DNA from: a virus
Length of the DNA stretch: 64,000 nucleotides
IMG/VR virus record: IMGVR_UViG_3300034060_000588
Location: 1 to 64,000 of that record
Reading direction: 5' to 3' (one strand)
Of the stretch, positions 26,924-35,879 are shown piece after piece (position 1 is the first letter of the stretch; the number at the start of each line of letters is the position of its first letter). The position numbers and the translations under genes are program-made. The notes beneath the pieces were generated by a model that saw only the letters and a list, made by a program, of their open reading frames with translations, ran no database searches and had not been told where the DNA came from.

Positions 26924-29900
26924 TTACTCTAGGTTAAGGTAAATTTGTATGTATCTATTTATTGCTGTTTTTCCGGCTTTAAGACCAAAATAAAAATGGT
27001 ATGGTGCTCCCACAATGTTATGTGATAAATCACCAACGACTGGACCAGAAGATGGTGGTAGTCCTGGTGATACACCAAAATTAGAATCAACAGGAACTCC
27101 GGCAGCGTTAAATTTGGTTATGTAACCAACATTAGTTCCACCAAGTATTTTAAAATATGGGTCTGTTAGATAATTTAAATCTTGATATCCTTTAGCATAA
27201 AACCCATTAAATTGATCTGGTGTTGTATTCCAGTTATTGTCTTCAGTACCAAAAATAACGTTTGAATTTGATTTTAATTTCCATCTATAATGTGGTACAT
27301 TTTGTGTGTTTGGGTATCCGTAGTTATACTGAATGAGTGGTGATTGATTAAACGTTTCGCTACCTGGACTATATCTTCTTCTGTATTTAACATCCTCGGT
27401 TGATGATGAGTAAAAAATACCGAACAGTCCTCTACCAAAAGGCGTGTTGTTGTCTTCACCCACATATATAAAATTATTAGGATATGTGTCTGTAGCAAAA
27501 GAAATTACTTTAAATTCCGAATTAATAGATAATGCTTGAGCAAAATCACCGTCAATTCTATATCCACCTCTTGTACTATTAAAAAACTGATTTATTCCAA
27601 CACCTTCGGAAAAAGTACCTGAAGACGAAAAATTACCAAACATTTGTTCAATAAAATTGGCATTAACTAATCTTGATAAAAACCCCAATTTAACAATGTC
27701 AGATGTGTCGCTATAACTTGTTGATTTTACTTGATCAATGAAGTAACCTTGTAAGTTATTATCACCACAAATTTCATTTATAAACTTATCCCTAGGGCCT
27801 AAATCCATAATTGTTGTTGGGAATTGGATTTGTTTATCGTTAAATCCACCAGAACCAATAAAGACACCACCAAAAGTACTACCATTTGGTCTTTCGGCTC
27901 CAATAAATAAATTAAAAGTACTGTCCCAAGGTGAACTCCTATAATAAAAATTATCACTTATCTCGTTGTAGATGACATTATGGTCACAAAAATCAAAAGC
28001 CGAATCTTTTAATGGGTTTAAAAAATACCGATTTCCTTTTTTTATTGGGAACATATATAAATTACCGTTAATCCAGTTGTTTTGGAATGTTTGAGAAAAA
28101 ATCCCTCTACAAGCGGCATATAAAACAGTAAATCTTGTTTTCCACTCTAAAAAATATTCAATATCATCCGGAATACCTAAAATATAAATTCCGGCTTTTT
28201 TTGTTGGGAAACAATAACACCCCTTAACAAATCTTTTTTTATTGTCATCAACACAATCTTGATCAATACCCAAGTTTAATCCTGTTCCTTGGTAACATCT
28301 TAACGGCACCATATTGTCACATTCTAATGATTGTGTTATACCTGTTAACATTTCATCTTCATCAGCACTTTCACCAGTAATTTCTTGTGGTCCAGTACTT
28401 AACGGTATGTTCACAGCTAGTCCGATGTTTACGTAAATCACAAAATTATCGTTTTGATGTAGTGCAAATCCCGTACCTAATTCAGATTCTTGTGTTTTAT
28501 CTGATGTTGGGAGTCTGTCACTTCTCATAACCAATCTAGATGAATTGTTAAAATCAACACCAACCAATGGGTTAGTTGTACTTGCAGTATATCTATAATA
28601 TGCTGGTGAATATACAGAATAAATGTCTTGTGCTGGGTCTAGTTCTTCTGGATAACCATAAACAGAAGGATTACCAACTCTATCTATAAAATATGGATCT
28701 GCAAACGTTGCCCAATTTGTAATATTTAAGTTATTAAATTTTGAAGCAATGAATGATGTTCCACCAACATAAGAAGTACTATAATTTGGTAATGTTCTGT
28801 CACTAGAAATTAAGTTTGTAGTATTAGACAATATTGATAATATAGGTAAATTTACATTAGGTCTATAGTTCGCACCACCAGGTCCTGGTAAACCACCACC
28901 AGTACTGTTTAACGTTGTATCATCCGTTGATAAGTAGTAATAAGGGTTAAACGATGTGAAGGCCGTGTATGGACTTGTTACAGTAAACGTATAGGATGGG
29001 TAATATAACCTATTATCTGAATTATCAATTGTATTATGTGATTTGGGTTTCGGTGAGTTAGTTCCTCTAATTGGGATATTTAAATATTTTAAACCAGTAA
29101 ACGTGACACTGTCTGGTGTTGTAAAACCAAATATTCTAGATAAATCGTACTTAATTTCTTGTTTATCTGTATATGGGTCAACACCTCTTGTTAAAAATAA
29201 TATTTCATACGTATTGAAATTTGTCAAAGACGATAACGAATCATAATTACCAATTTGTCTTGTATGTGAAACAAGGTCTGGGTCTGTATAAAAGAAAGTT
29301 TCAGCACTAGGTCCGGTAGTAAACGGATAATTACTTGTATTGTTTGATGAAACTTCAAGGGCTCTTGCAATAACATAATTAATCTTGTGTCTTAAATATT
29401 CTTGGTGAAATAGTTGTGGATTATTAGTTCCGTTTGATTGTGTCAAAAATTGTGAAACTGTCAAACCGGTTATTACCTGGAAATATTCTATGTCGTTTGG
29501 ATATTTAAATTCACCGTTATTTGTTGTTTGGTTAATTTTAATTTGTGCCGTTAACTCTAAAACACCAGAGGGGTCTGTAGGATTGGCATAATTTACAAAT
29601 TTTACTAATGGTGTTGTCCCTGTTGTTGTTGTCCCTGTTATGGAATTTGTTAAAAACTGATTTTCTGTTGCTCCGGTTATATTAACATAAGCGGGTGATG
29701 TTAGTGGGTTTTGGAAACTAACTAATTGGTTTACTAGTTGTCCTGTTGTTCCTGGTTTAACTAAAATAACTAAAATTTGGTCATCAAAAGAATCACTACC
29801 TAATGATGGGTTTACCGTAGTGGTTATTCTATTTAAACTACCTAATGGTGAGGCATTGTTAAAGTATTTATCTCTAGAATTAAACTCGTTTAATTTTTGT

Positions 29901-32476
29901 GAGTATGTAACGTCTGTTGGAAACCCAAACCATCTTTCATCATTACCAAGACTTTTATCTGCGGCAAACAAAAATGGTTGTGGTGCGTGGAGTTTTTGGA
30001 TTGATGAACCAACAATAAGGTCACTTCCAGTAAATAATCTTCTAAAATCAACTGTTGCTCTAACCACATTGGTTGTGTCTAACTCATTGTCATTTACAGA
30101 ATAAGTTAGTGATTTATATTGACCACCATTATAAAACCAACCACCATTTGCATCTGTTGGTGAAAACCCTGGTCTTTGTGAAAAATTTGGGTGTTCCGGT
30201 ACGTAATTTGACGCTTGGTTTATTGGTGCTAAAAGTGAATTTGATATTGATGTTACATCAGTAGATCCAATACCGGGTATAACAATTTGGTTATCTGCAT
30301 ATGAATTTGTTATAAATTGTTCAATATCACTTTGTGTTATCTCGTCAACTTCTGGTTCGGTGCATGAACATTCACAGTTTGTACATTCTGGGTATGACAA
30401 TAGTGGTAATGAGATCGGAACACGTTTTAATGGTACAATATATCTAAAAAACAAATATGTCATATAACCAAGTAACCCTAAAAGAGCTAAAAGACCAGTA
30501 TAAACAAGACCAATTACTATAACACCCCAAATACTCAAAGAAGGAACTAATGAACTGACGTATGAAATTGCATCACCAAGATTCATAGCGTATTGGACAA
30601 TAAAATAACCAGTAATGATGATTGCAAAAAGTATAAGTGCTTTTACTAATGGCCATAGTGTGTAAACAAGGTGTGTTGCTACAATAAGAGCCATTATTGG
30701 GAATGTTAAAATGTTTAATAAAAACGTAAGTAACTGAAACCATAAATCTTGATTTCTTATTATATCATTAACAGGGTAAATATTATTTTCTGTCCTACAA
30801 GTTCTATCATCAATTTCTTTAATACCCAAATGTGTCCATCTGGCAGCACCAAATTTATAACGGTCAAGAAACATTGCTGTTGTATAAACCTTATTATAAT
30901 TAAATTGATAAAAAGTGTCGTCACAATTTATGGCTTCAACTGGGTTTACGTAATCGTCCCACTCAAGACTAAACGCATAAGATTTTAATAAGTCAAAATA
31001 ATCTTGTGGGTAAAATTGGAATTTTATAATAACGTTTTGTGTTGTATCAATTGGCGTAAATGCCCATTGGAATATGTCACCAATATTAACGTTTAAACTC
31101 TCAAGTGTCCCGACATAGGGTATACTGTTTATTGTTAATGAAAGGTTTTCTGCGTTTATTAATTCAAGTAAACTTAAACCACCATTAAATGTCATAGTTT
31201 CACTATAGGTTGTCAAACCGGCTGTAATACTGCCACCTACACCAACATAAAACACTTGGAATTGTGGGTACCCATACGGGTCGTTATTTGATGCCGACCA
31301 CCCGTATTCTTTTACATTGGGTACTAAAAAATTTGCCCTAATAATATCATTACTATTACCGTTTTCATTTTGCCATTTTATTTTAAACCGGTATTTTCCT
31401 TTTGTTGGTATACCCACATTTGGGTTTGAGGATAAAACTTGTTCACCAAATTCATTTGTTGTAACATAATCTAGGTTCATCGGTACATCAACGACAAACG
31501 CTCCGTTTTCATCTATAACCCTACCTTCGTTTATTAGTTTGTATTCTTCAAGAATTGGTAATCCTTGATTATCTAAATTTATTGTTTGTCGTATTGATAA
31601 AATTTGTCCTGGTCCGGCAATTAACTCACAAAATTTTCCAGTATCTTTTTGTGGTTTACAATTTATTTTTTGTGCGTTCTCATCCGTATTTGACATTATC
31701 GATCCGAGAAATACGGAAACCGGATTGATCTTTATATTATATTCTTTTGTTAAATCAAAATCAACTCTATTAATCCCTAATTGACAAATGTTTGTATCAC
31801 CCCACAATGGTGAAACATCAATAATTCTATTAAAGTTAATAATTTGTGGTAATTCATCTAAATTTGAACTCGTTTTAAAATTACTACCATTAAAGTCATT
31901 TTCAACAGCATTTCCAGTTCTTATCAAGTCTTGTGGTGTTAAAGAAAAACAACCGATGTCTGATAGGTCAACATCCATAACAAGTGTTTGTGATCCGGTT
32001 GGTACACCAAAAATCATATAATCCCCACTATCATTTGTTTTTACTGTAAATTTATAATATTTGTCGTACACCTCAACCCAAGATTGGTTTAATAAAACCT
32101 CATCTTTATCTGGGAAACTACCTGTTGCCGAATGATTTGTGTATGATGGTGACTTTGGTAATAAATTATACCTATATCCTTGTTCGTTCCTATCTGTTAG
32201 TGTTTGATATGGGTATAACTCACTTATGATTGGGTTTTGGTTGTCTTCGTCTGATAAAGGAATAAATACAGATACTTTAGCGTTTGGTAAACCAAATCCA
32301 TTGTTAACTGAAACTCGGCCAACGATTACACCATAGTCAGAACAAACCCTAGTGTATATTTCGCTTTGTAATATCTTTAGTGATAAAATTTCAAGAAATT
32401 CAAAGTCTTGTTCTAATTTAATGTCAATGTGTTTATCAACACCGGGTGTGGCTTTTATTCTATATGATTTGGGCAT
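26924..32476 (-). CDS. Very large putative virion/baseplate protein with internal hydrophobic segments
   Basis: 1850 aa; N-terminal GVIVGRV..NNGFGLPNAKVSVF...TVKTNDSGDYMIFGVPTG (carboxypeptidase-regulatory-like); about 100 aa hydrophobic stretch. Confidence 0.7.
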   Translation of the reverse strand: MPKSYRIKATPGVDKHIDIKLEQDFEFLEILSLKILQSEIYTRVCSDYGVIVGRVSVNNGFGLPNAKVSVFIPLSDEDNQNPIISELYPYQTLTDRNEQGYRYNLLPKSPSYTNHSATGSFPDKDEVLLNQSWVEVYDKYYKFTVKTNDSGDYMIFGVPTGSQTLVMDVDLSDIGCFSLTPQDLIRTGNAVENDFNGSNFKTSSNLDELPQIINFNRIIDVSPLWGDTNICQLGINRVDFDLTKEYNIKINPVSVFLGSIMSNTDENAQKINCKPQKDTGKFCELIAGPGQILSIRQTINLDNQGLPILEEYKLINEGRVIDENGAFVVDVPMNLDYVTTNEFGEQVLSSNPNVGIPTKGKYRFKIKWQNENGNSNDIIRANFLVPNVKEYGWSASNNDPYGYPQFQVFYVGVGGSITAGLTTYSETMTFNGGLSLLELINAENLSLTINSIPYVGTLESLNVNIGDIFQWAFTPIDTTQNVIIKFQFYPQDYFDLLKSYAFSLEWDDYVNPVEAINCDDTFYQFNYNKVYTTAMFLDRYKFGAARWTHLGIKEIDDRTCRTENNIYPVNDIIRNQDLWFQLLTFLLNILTFPIMALIVATHLVYTLWPLVKALILFAIIITGYFIVQYAMNLGDAISYVSSLVPSLSIWGVIVIGLVYTGLLALLGLLGYMTYLFFRYIVPLKRVPISLPLLSYPECTNCECSCTEPEVDEITQSDIEQFITNSYADNQIVIPGIGSTDVTSISNSLLAPINQASNYVPEHPNFSQRPGFSPTDANGGWFYNGGQYKSLTYSVNDNELDTTNVVRATVDFRRLFTGSDLIVGSSIQKLHAPQPFLFAADKSLGNDERWFGFPTDVTYSQKLNEFNSRDKYFNNASPLGSLNRITTTVNPSLGSDSFDDQILVILVKPGTTGQLVNQLVSFQNPLTSPAYVNITGATENQFLTNSITGTTTTGTTPLVKFVNYANPTDPSGVLELTAQIKINQTTNNGEFKYPNDIEYFQVITGLTVSQFLTQSNGTNNPQLFHQEYLRHKINYVIARALEVSSNNTSNYPFTTGPSAETFFYTDPDLVSHTRQIGNYDSLSSLTNFNTYEILFLTRGVDPYTDKQEIKYDLSRIFGFTTPDSVTFTGLKYLNIPIRGTNSPKPKSHNTIDNSDNRLYYPSYTFTVTSPYTAFTSFNPYYYLSTDDTTLNSTGGGLPGPGGANYRPNVNLPILSILSNTTNLISSDRTLPNYSTSYVGGTSFIASKFNNLNITNWATFADPYFIDRVGNPSVYGYPEELDPAQDIYSVYSPAYYRYTASTTNPLVGVDFNNSSRLVMRSDRLPTSDKTQESELGTGFALHQNDNFVIYVNIGLAVNIPLSTGPQEITGESADEDEMLTGITQSLECDNMVPLRCYQGTGLNLGIDQDCVDDNKKRFVKGCYCFPTKKAGIYILGIPDDIEYFLEWKTRFTVLYAACRGIFSQTFQNNWINGNLYMFPIKKGNRYFLNPLKDSAFDFCDHNVIYNEISDNFYYRSSPWDSTFNLFIGAERPNGSTFGGVFIGSGGFNDKQIQFPTTIMDLGPRDKFINEICGDNNLQGYFIDQVKSTSYSDTSDIVKLGFLSRLVNANFIEQMFGNFSSSGTFSEGVGINQFFNSTRGGYRIDGDFAQALSINSEFKVISFATDTYPNNFIYVGEDNNTPFGRGLFGIFYSSSTEDVKYRRRYSPGSETFNQSPLIQYNYGYPNTQNVPHYRWKLKSNSNVIFGTEDNNWNTTPDQFNGFYAKGYQDLNYLTDPYFKILGGTNVGYITKFNAAGVPVDSNFGVSPGLPPSSGPVVGDLSHNIVGAPYHFYFGLKAGKTAINRYIQIYLNLE

Positions 32477-32550
32477 TAAATTTCCTTTTTTTGATAAATA
32501 GTTTATTTCCTATTTTCAAAAAATAATCTTTTTATTCAAAAAATAAATTA

Positions 32551-34389
32551 TCAAGAGATATTAACGGTCTTATAATTTAAAACCGAAACTGTAATGTCCT
32601 TATTTTGGAATCTAATTTGGTAGATTTGGTTAGGTTCTGCAAATATTGTTTCATTAACAAGTTTAATTAATTTTGTACTTGGGTCTTCGTATTCTTGTGA
32701 CGTTTGGGATGATGAGTACTCACCACCAACTCTATTAAACACAAAAATACCTGATGTTGAGATCACGCCGTTTTCGCTTTGAATTAGTCTTTTAAGTTCC
32801 GAAATGTAAACGTTTTGTCCTAATTCCCTATTTAATGGGCTAAAGAATGAACTTGTAATGTTGATTATATTTGTAACAACTTGTCCTTGACTTTGTGTAC
32901 TGTCTAAAATGACATCAATTTCTATTGCTAGATCTATAACATTTGCTGTTTCAACCGAAATGTAATCATTAATCATTCTATAATTTGATAAATAATTTGC
33001 GACATTATTTTTTAATGTATTTGACACAACTTCTGTGAGGTTACCACTATTGTCATATGAAAGCATTTTAATTTTAATCTTATTATCTTCTTCCATAATT
33101 GATACTTTACCTGGCGCTCCGAATTGAGAAGGCATTGTTCTAATAATTGATTCATAATCATTAATAGTAACGGCTCTATTTTGTGCTGCAAAGTTAAAAG
33201 ATACATACTGTCTTACTTCTTCTGTTGTTGGTGGATTAGATCCACCTATAGCGGCAGTAACGTTATTACAACTCAATGAGTTTACAACACTATTGTTGGT
33301 TGTTTGAGATGGGCCATTTACATAAAACGAAACAGTACCAATTTGGTTAATAACATTTATACCAACATTACTAACTTGACCACCACCAATTCTATATTGT
33401 ATGAATATTGTGGAGTTGGACTTTAAAGTACTACCTAGCGCAAAATTATTCATATATTTATTCAAATCCATCGCATAACCATTACGAGCAAATTCCCTCA
33501 ACTGGTCTTCCGCAGATGTGTTACCACCACCAAATGTCATTTTAAAGAATCCTTCTGGTGTAAATTCAGTTATAAATTTAGTATTAGTTGTAAGATATCT
33601 ACCTACTTTAATTCCGGGTTGATCTGATGGTTTTGTCGGGTCCTCAACAAACACTCTATCTTCAGCCAAGGCTTTTACTTCATACCAACGATTTTCTAAA
33701 CCTAAAAATTCTTGTGGTTCTGGTATTGTTGTATACTGTGTTCCATCTTTTAATAAAACACTTGTTATACCTAAAACATTTTTTTCTGGTAAAAATAATT
33801 CTAAAAATGGTCTAACATCATTTGCATTAATTACTTTTTTGAAGACTTTTGTTGTTCCGTTTACAACAACTTCCCGTTTTGTAATTGTGTAGTTTATTAG
33901 TCTATTGTTTGAATTAAAATTTGGTATTTTAAGTCTATTTGGGAATCCCTCGGCATTTACTGGTGATGAAAAATCAATATCATAAACAGTTTCAAACGGT
34001 TGTCCAGCACCAGAGACTTGAGCCCCTCTTCGTAATATACCGCAATACCTTAAATCTTCTTTATCACCATTTGCATCAACAACAATGGAGAAATCAACAA
34101 GTGTTACTGATGGTCTAGACCCTGGTATTTTTAAACCATAAGTTCTTGCTAGGTTATAAATAGATGTTTTTTGTTGTGCAAATTGTAAGACAGTTTCCTG
34201 AACACTTCTATCTATTTGATATTGTAAATTATCATTAACCGCAGCATTTAAATCTAACAAAACAGAAAAGACACCAGCGTCGTTAAAATTTTGTACTACG
34301 TCTGGGTAATATTCTTTTGTGAAATTAATTAATTCCGTTCTTATCCCTTGAAAGTCCCTAGTCGTGTATGATATTTTTTTATTTGCCAT
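32551..34389 (-). CDS. Baseplate wedge subunit (T4 gp6/baseplate J-like)
   Basis: YTTRDFQGIRTELINF, AQQKTSIYNLARTYG, AAIGGSNP, FAAQNRAVTINDY. Confidence 0.88.
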   Translation of the reverse strand: MANKKISYTTRDFQGIRTELINFTKEYYPDVVQNFNDAGVFSVLLDLNAAVNDNLQYQIDRSVQETVLQFAQQKTSIYNLARTYGLKIPGSRPSVTLVDFSIVVDANGDKEDLRYCGILRRGAQVSGAGQPFETVYDIDFSSPVNAEGFPNRLKIPNFNSNNRLINYTITKREVVVNGTTKVFKKVINANDVRPFLELFLPEKNVLGITSVLLKDGTQYTTIPEPQEFLGLENRWYEVKALAEDRVFVEDPTKPSDQPGIKVGRYLTTNTKFITEFTPEGFFKMTFGGGNTSAEDQLREFARNGYAMDLNKYMNNFALGSTLKSNSTIFIQYRIGGGQVSNVGINVINQIGTVSFYVNGPSQTTNNSVVNSLSCNNVTAAIGGSNPPTTEEVRQYVSFNFAAQNRAVTINDYESIIRTMPSQFGAPGKVSIMEEDNKIKIKMLSYDNSGNLTEVVSNTLKNNVANYLSNYRMINDYISVETANVIDLAIEIDVILDSTQSQGQVVTNIINITSSFFSPLNRELGQNVYISELKRLIQSENGVISTSGIFVFNRVGGEYSSSQTSQEYEDPSTKLIKLVNETIFAEPNQIYQIRFQNKDITVSVLNYKTVNIS

Positions 34390-35054
34390 TTGTATGTTTT
34401 TATAAAGTTGTATATCTTAATTTGAGACCTAATATAAATAACTTTGTGTCATTTTGAAAGGTGGTTATTGAAAAATTGTCGTTTGTTGTTACAGCTGAAA
34501 AAACCGGTAAAACGTCTAATTGTGTGAACGTATCAATTGTATACGAATATGTTATTGCTGTGGAAATAAGGTTTCCACCAAACAAATCCCCATTTTGACC
34601 ATAAACCAAGTCAATGTCGGTTACTACATTACCACTAAACTCTGGTATCGTAATAATGTCAGAACTAATTATACTACCAAAATCATTAGGTATACTACCA
34701 CTTATCGCAACAGGATCTGTACCGCCGTCACAAAATGGTTCATAAAAAAACCCCTTAAACTCCAAATTTAACCCGGCTGATTTATAAAAAACTTCTTTTG
34801 TTATTGGTAAACCTGTTATTGTAAATGTACCACCAGTTGTATTTTCAATTGTTATTGTTCCTGCGGAATACGTACCACCAGTTGCAAAAACATCTGTAAG
34901 ACCACTTAAAATGTATGTTTGTACATCCTTTAATGGTGTACTGTTTGTAACACCAATAGGGTTTTGGTAATTTACAATTGCAATAATATCGTTTGGTGTA
35001 TAGTCTGAAAAACCAACGAAAGGTAACTGGGATATTTTTTTATTTGCCATTTGT
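34370..35054. repeat. 24-nt exact direct repeat flanking gene 34400-35050
   Basis: GATATTTTTTTATTTGCCATTTGT at 34370-34393 and 35031-35054 (both cover the MANKKIS start). Confidence 0.85.
34400..35050 (-). CDS. Putative virion accessory protein
   Basis: MANKKISQLP N-terminus, DVFATGGTYSAGTITI...FTITGL motif also seen in 8581-9615. Confidence 0.65.
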   Translation of the reverse strand: MANKKISQLPFVGFSDYTPNDIIAIVNYQNPIGVTNSTPLKDVQTYILSGLTDVFATGGTYSAGTITIENTTGGTFTITGLPITKEVFYKSAGLNLEFKGFFYEPFCDGGTDPVAISGSIPNDFGSIISSDIITIPEFSGNVVTDIDLVYGQNGDLFGGNLISTAITYSYTIDTFTQLDVLPVFSAVTTNDNFSITTFQNDTKLFILGLKLRYTTL

Positions 35055-35056
35055 CT

Positions 35057-35518
35057 TTAAATATTTAAAATTACAAAATCACTTGAGTTAAAAGCTCCGT
35101 TTGTATTTCTATAATCAATTTTTATTTTTGCTGTGTGCTCCTCTGTTGCAATGTTTGGTGTTTTAAATTCTCTTTGACCACCTTCACTAATGTATGTTGT
35201 GTCTTGACTGTTAACTTGTTGTGCGGCGTCTGTTATTGATATATTTGTAATTAAAATTCCAGGCATATAGTTCTCAACAGATTCTCTTATTTCACTTTCA
35301 ATTTCAGAAAATGTTGGTCCGTCTAACGGTTCAAAAATATATTCATATAATCTTGTACCAAAATCTGGAAGAAAATATCTTGACCCTTTTCTTGTTAATA
35401 GTAAGTGAATTAAATTACTTCTAACCTCTTCCTCTCCAGTATCTGAAGCGTCTAAATATTTTCCAACGTATGAATCTACAAAAGGAAAATTAATACCATA
35501 AGTTATACCATCTGCCAT
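35057..35518 (-). CDS. Baseplate wedge protein, gp25/GPW family
   Basis: VRSNLIHLLLTRKGSRYFLPDFGTRLYEYIFEP. Confidence 0.92.
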   Translation of the reverse strand: MADGITYGINFPFVDSYVGKYLDASDTGEEEVRSNLIHLLLTRKGSRYFLPDFGTRLYEYIFEPLDGPTFSEIESEIRESVENYMPGILITNISITDAAQQVNSQDTTYISEGGQREFKTPNIATEEHTAKIKIDYRNTNGAFNSSDFVILNI

Positions 35519-35554
35519 ATCTAATAAATATAGTATTGGGATATTTTATATAAA

Positions 35555-35588
35555 TAAAAAAAATCACTGATTTTTCAGTGATTCTTTT
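35555..35588. terminator. Intrinsic terminator, probably bidirectional
   Basis: AATCACTGA-TTTT-TCAGTGATT with A run on left and T-rich right. Confidence 0.75.
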
Positions 35589-35794
35589 AAGTTTGTATTA
35601 CCTTTTTCGTAAAGTGGTTCGTAGGGGCAATGCCTACAATTGTTTCCACAACATTTACCTCGTTTCATATGGAAAGATTCTGTCATAACAATATTTCCAG
35701 AATCATCCTTATAAAAGTCAGGTTCAGGAGATTTTTTAGTTGTCTCCTGAACATATAACTGTTGTATCCAATCTTTTGATGAGTTTACTGTCAT
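35564..35794 (-). CDS. DUF5522-like Cys-rich small protein
   Basis: FY....G.IVMTESFHMKRGKCCGNNCRHCPY. Confidence 0.8.
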   Translation of the reverse strand: MTVNSSKDWIQQLYVQETTKKSPEPDFYKDDSGNIVMTESFHMKRGKCCGNNCRHCPYEPLYEKGNTNLKESLKNQ

Positions 35795-35795
35795 T

Positions 35796-35876
35796 TTAGT
35801 TAGTTTTTCTTTGGTTATAAAACGCTAACAAAACTTGGTATGTTAGCGTTACATTATTTCCCCAACTTGCTTTCAT
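35796..35876 (-). CDS. Possible 26-aa micro-ORF, not in ORF track
   Basis: MKASWGNNVTLTYQVLLAFYNQRKTN*; starts 3 nt after nrdJ stop and ends 1 nt before next ATG. Confidence 0.4.
   Translation of the reverse strand: MKASWGNNVTLTYQVLLAFYNQRKTN
35817..35850 (-). terminator. Stem-loop downstream of nrdJ
   Basis: AACGCTAACA-N10-TGTTAGCGTT perfect 10-bp stem (35821-35850). Confidence 0.6.
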
Positions 35877-35879
35877 ATC

